The notes under the pieces are model-generated. The model saw only the letters and a program-made list of their open reading frames with translations. It searched no databases and was not told where the DNA came from. A DNA stretch of 63,672 bases, counting the filler, from Choristocarpus tenellus KU-1152 (Eukaryota > Protista > Phaeophyceae), in NCBI GenBank assembly GCA_964200185.2. It is 11 parts of 11 records of this genome, joined end to end, with 100 filler letters (N's around TTAATTAATTAA, not from the genome) between each part and the next. Parts side by side here need not be neighbours in the genome. Positions count along the whole stretch, not along the records: positions 56,507 to 63,672 come from CAXNAD020006592.1; 10 more parts are not named here. One strand, written 5' to 3'. Positions 63,562 to 63,672 of this stretch are shown in pieces (the first letter of the stretch is position 1; each line of letters starts with the position of its first letter). The position numbers and the translations under genes were made by a program.

Positions 63562-63672
63562 CTTTCACACAAAAAGAAAAAAAAGGTAAATCATATTCAC
63601 ATATCATTCAGCGTTCACCACATGATGGGGGGGGGAAGGGTGTGTGTGTGTATGTGTCAGGGGGGAAGGGGG

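Noticed and set aside
1-63672. Functional cluster of DRC11, RFC4, MEI2-like, THG1 and the other genes
   Set aside because: Each lies on a different contig joined artificially, so there is no evidence of linkage.

Overview
Eukaryotic nuclear DNA, not a prokaryotic locus. The window is 11 short contigs joined by ten identical artificial 100-bp spacers (N44-TTAATTAATTAA-N44), so genes in different contigs are not shown to be neighbours. I reconstructed pieces of intron-rich genes by eye from splice signals and reading frame: DRC11/IQCA1 (flagellar), RFC4, a MEI2-like RRM protein, an apparently complete secreted SGNH/PC-esterase-like protein, a carnitine/acylcarnitine-type mitochondrial carrier, a USP9/24/34-like deubiquitinase, THG1, and a protein with two EDR2_C (DUF1336) domains. 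The rest is degraded transposons (Copia, hAT, mariner, IS630/Tc1-like, probable Helitron helicase), three MITE families, minisatellites and many short interstitial TTAGGG runs. Long introns, TTAGGG repeats and a flagellar gene suggest a stramenopile such as a brown alga (inference only). I found no novel multi-gene system. The best leads are small scale: (1) a telomere-repeat-creating 4-nt insertion inside one MITE copy whose ancestral state is visible in sister copies; (2) a MITE inserted inside the GC splice donor of DRC11; (3) a six-fold tandem amplification of an exon/intron junction; (4) two MITE families that share terminal and subterminal motifs but differ in target-site duplication (TSD) length. 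All family assignments come from motif recognition, not database searches.
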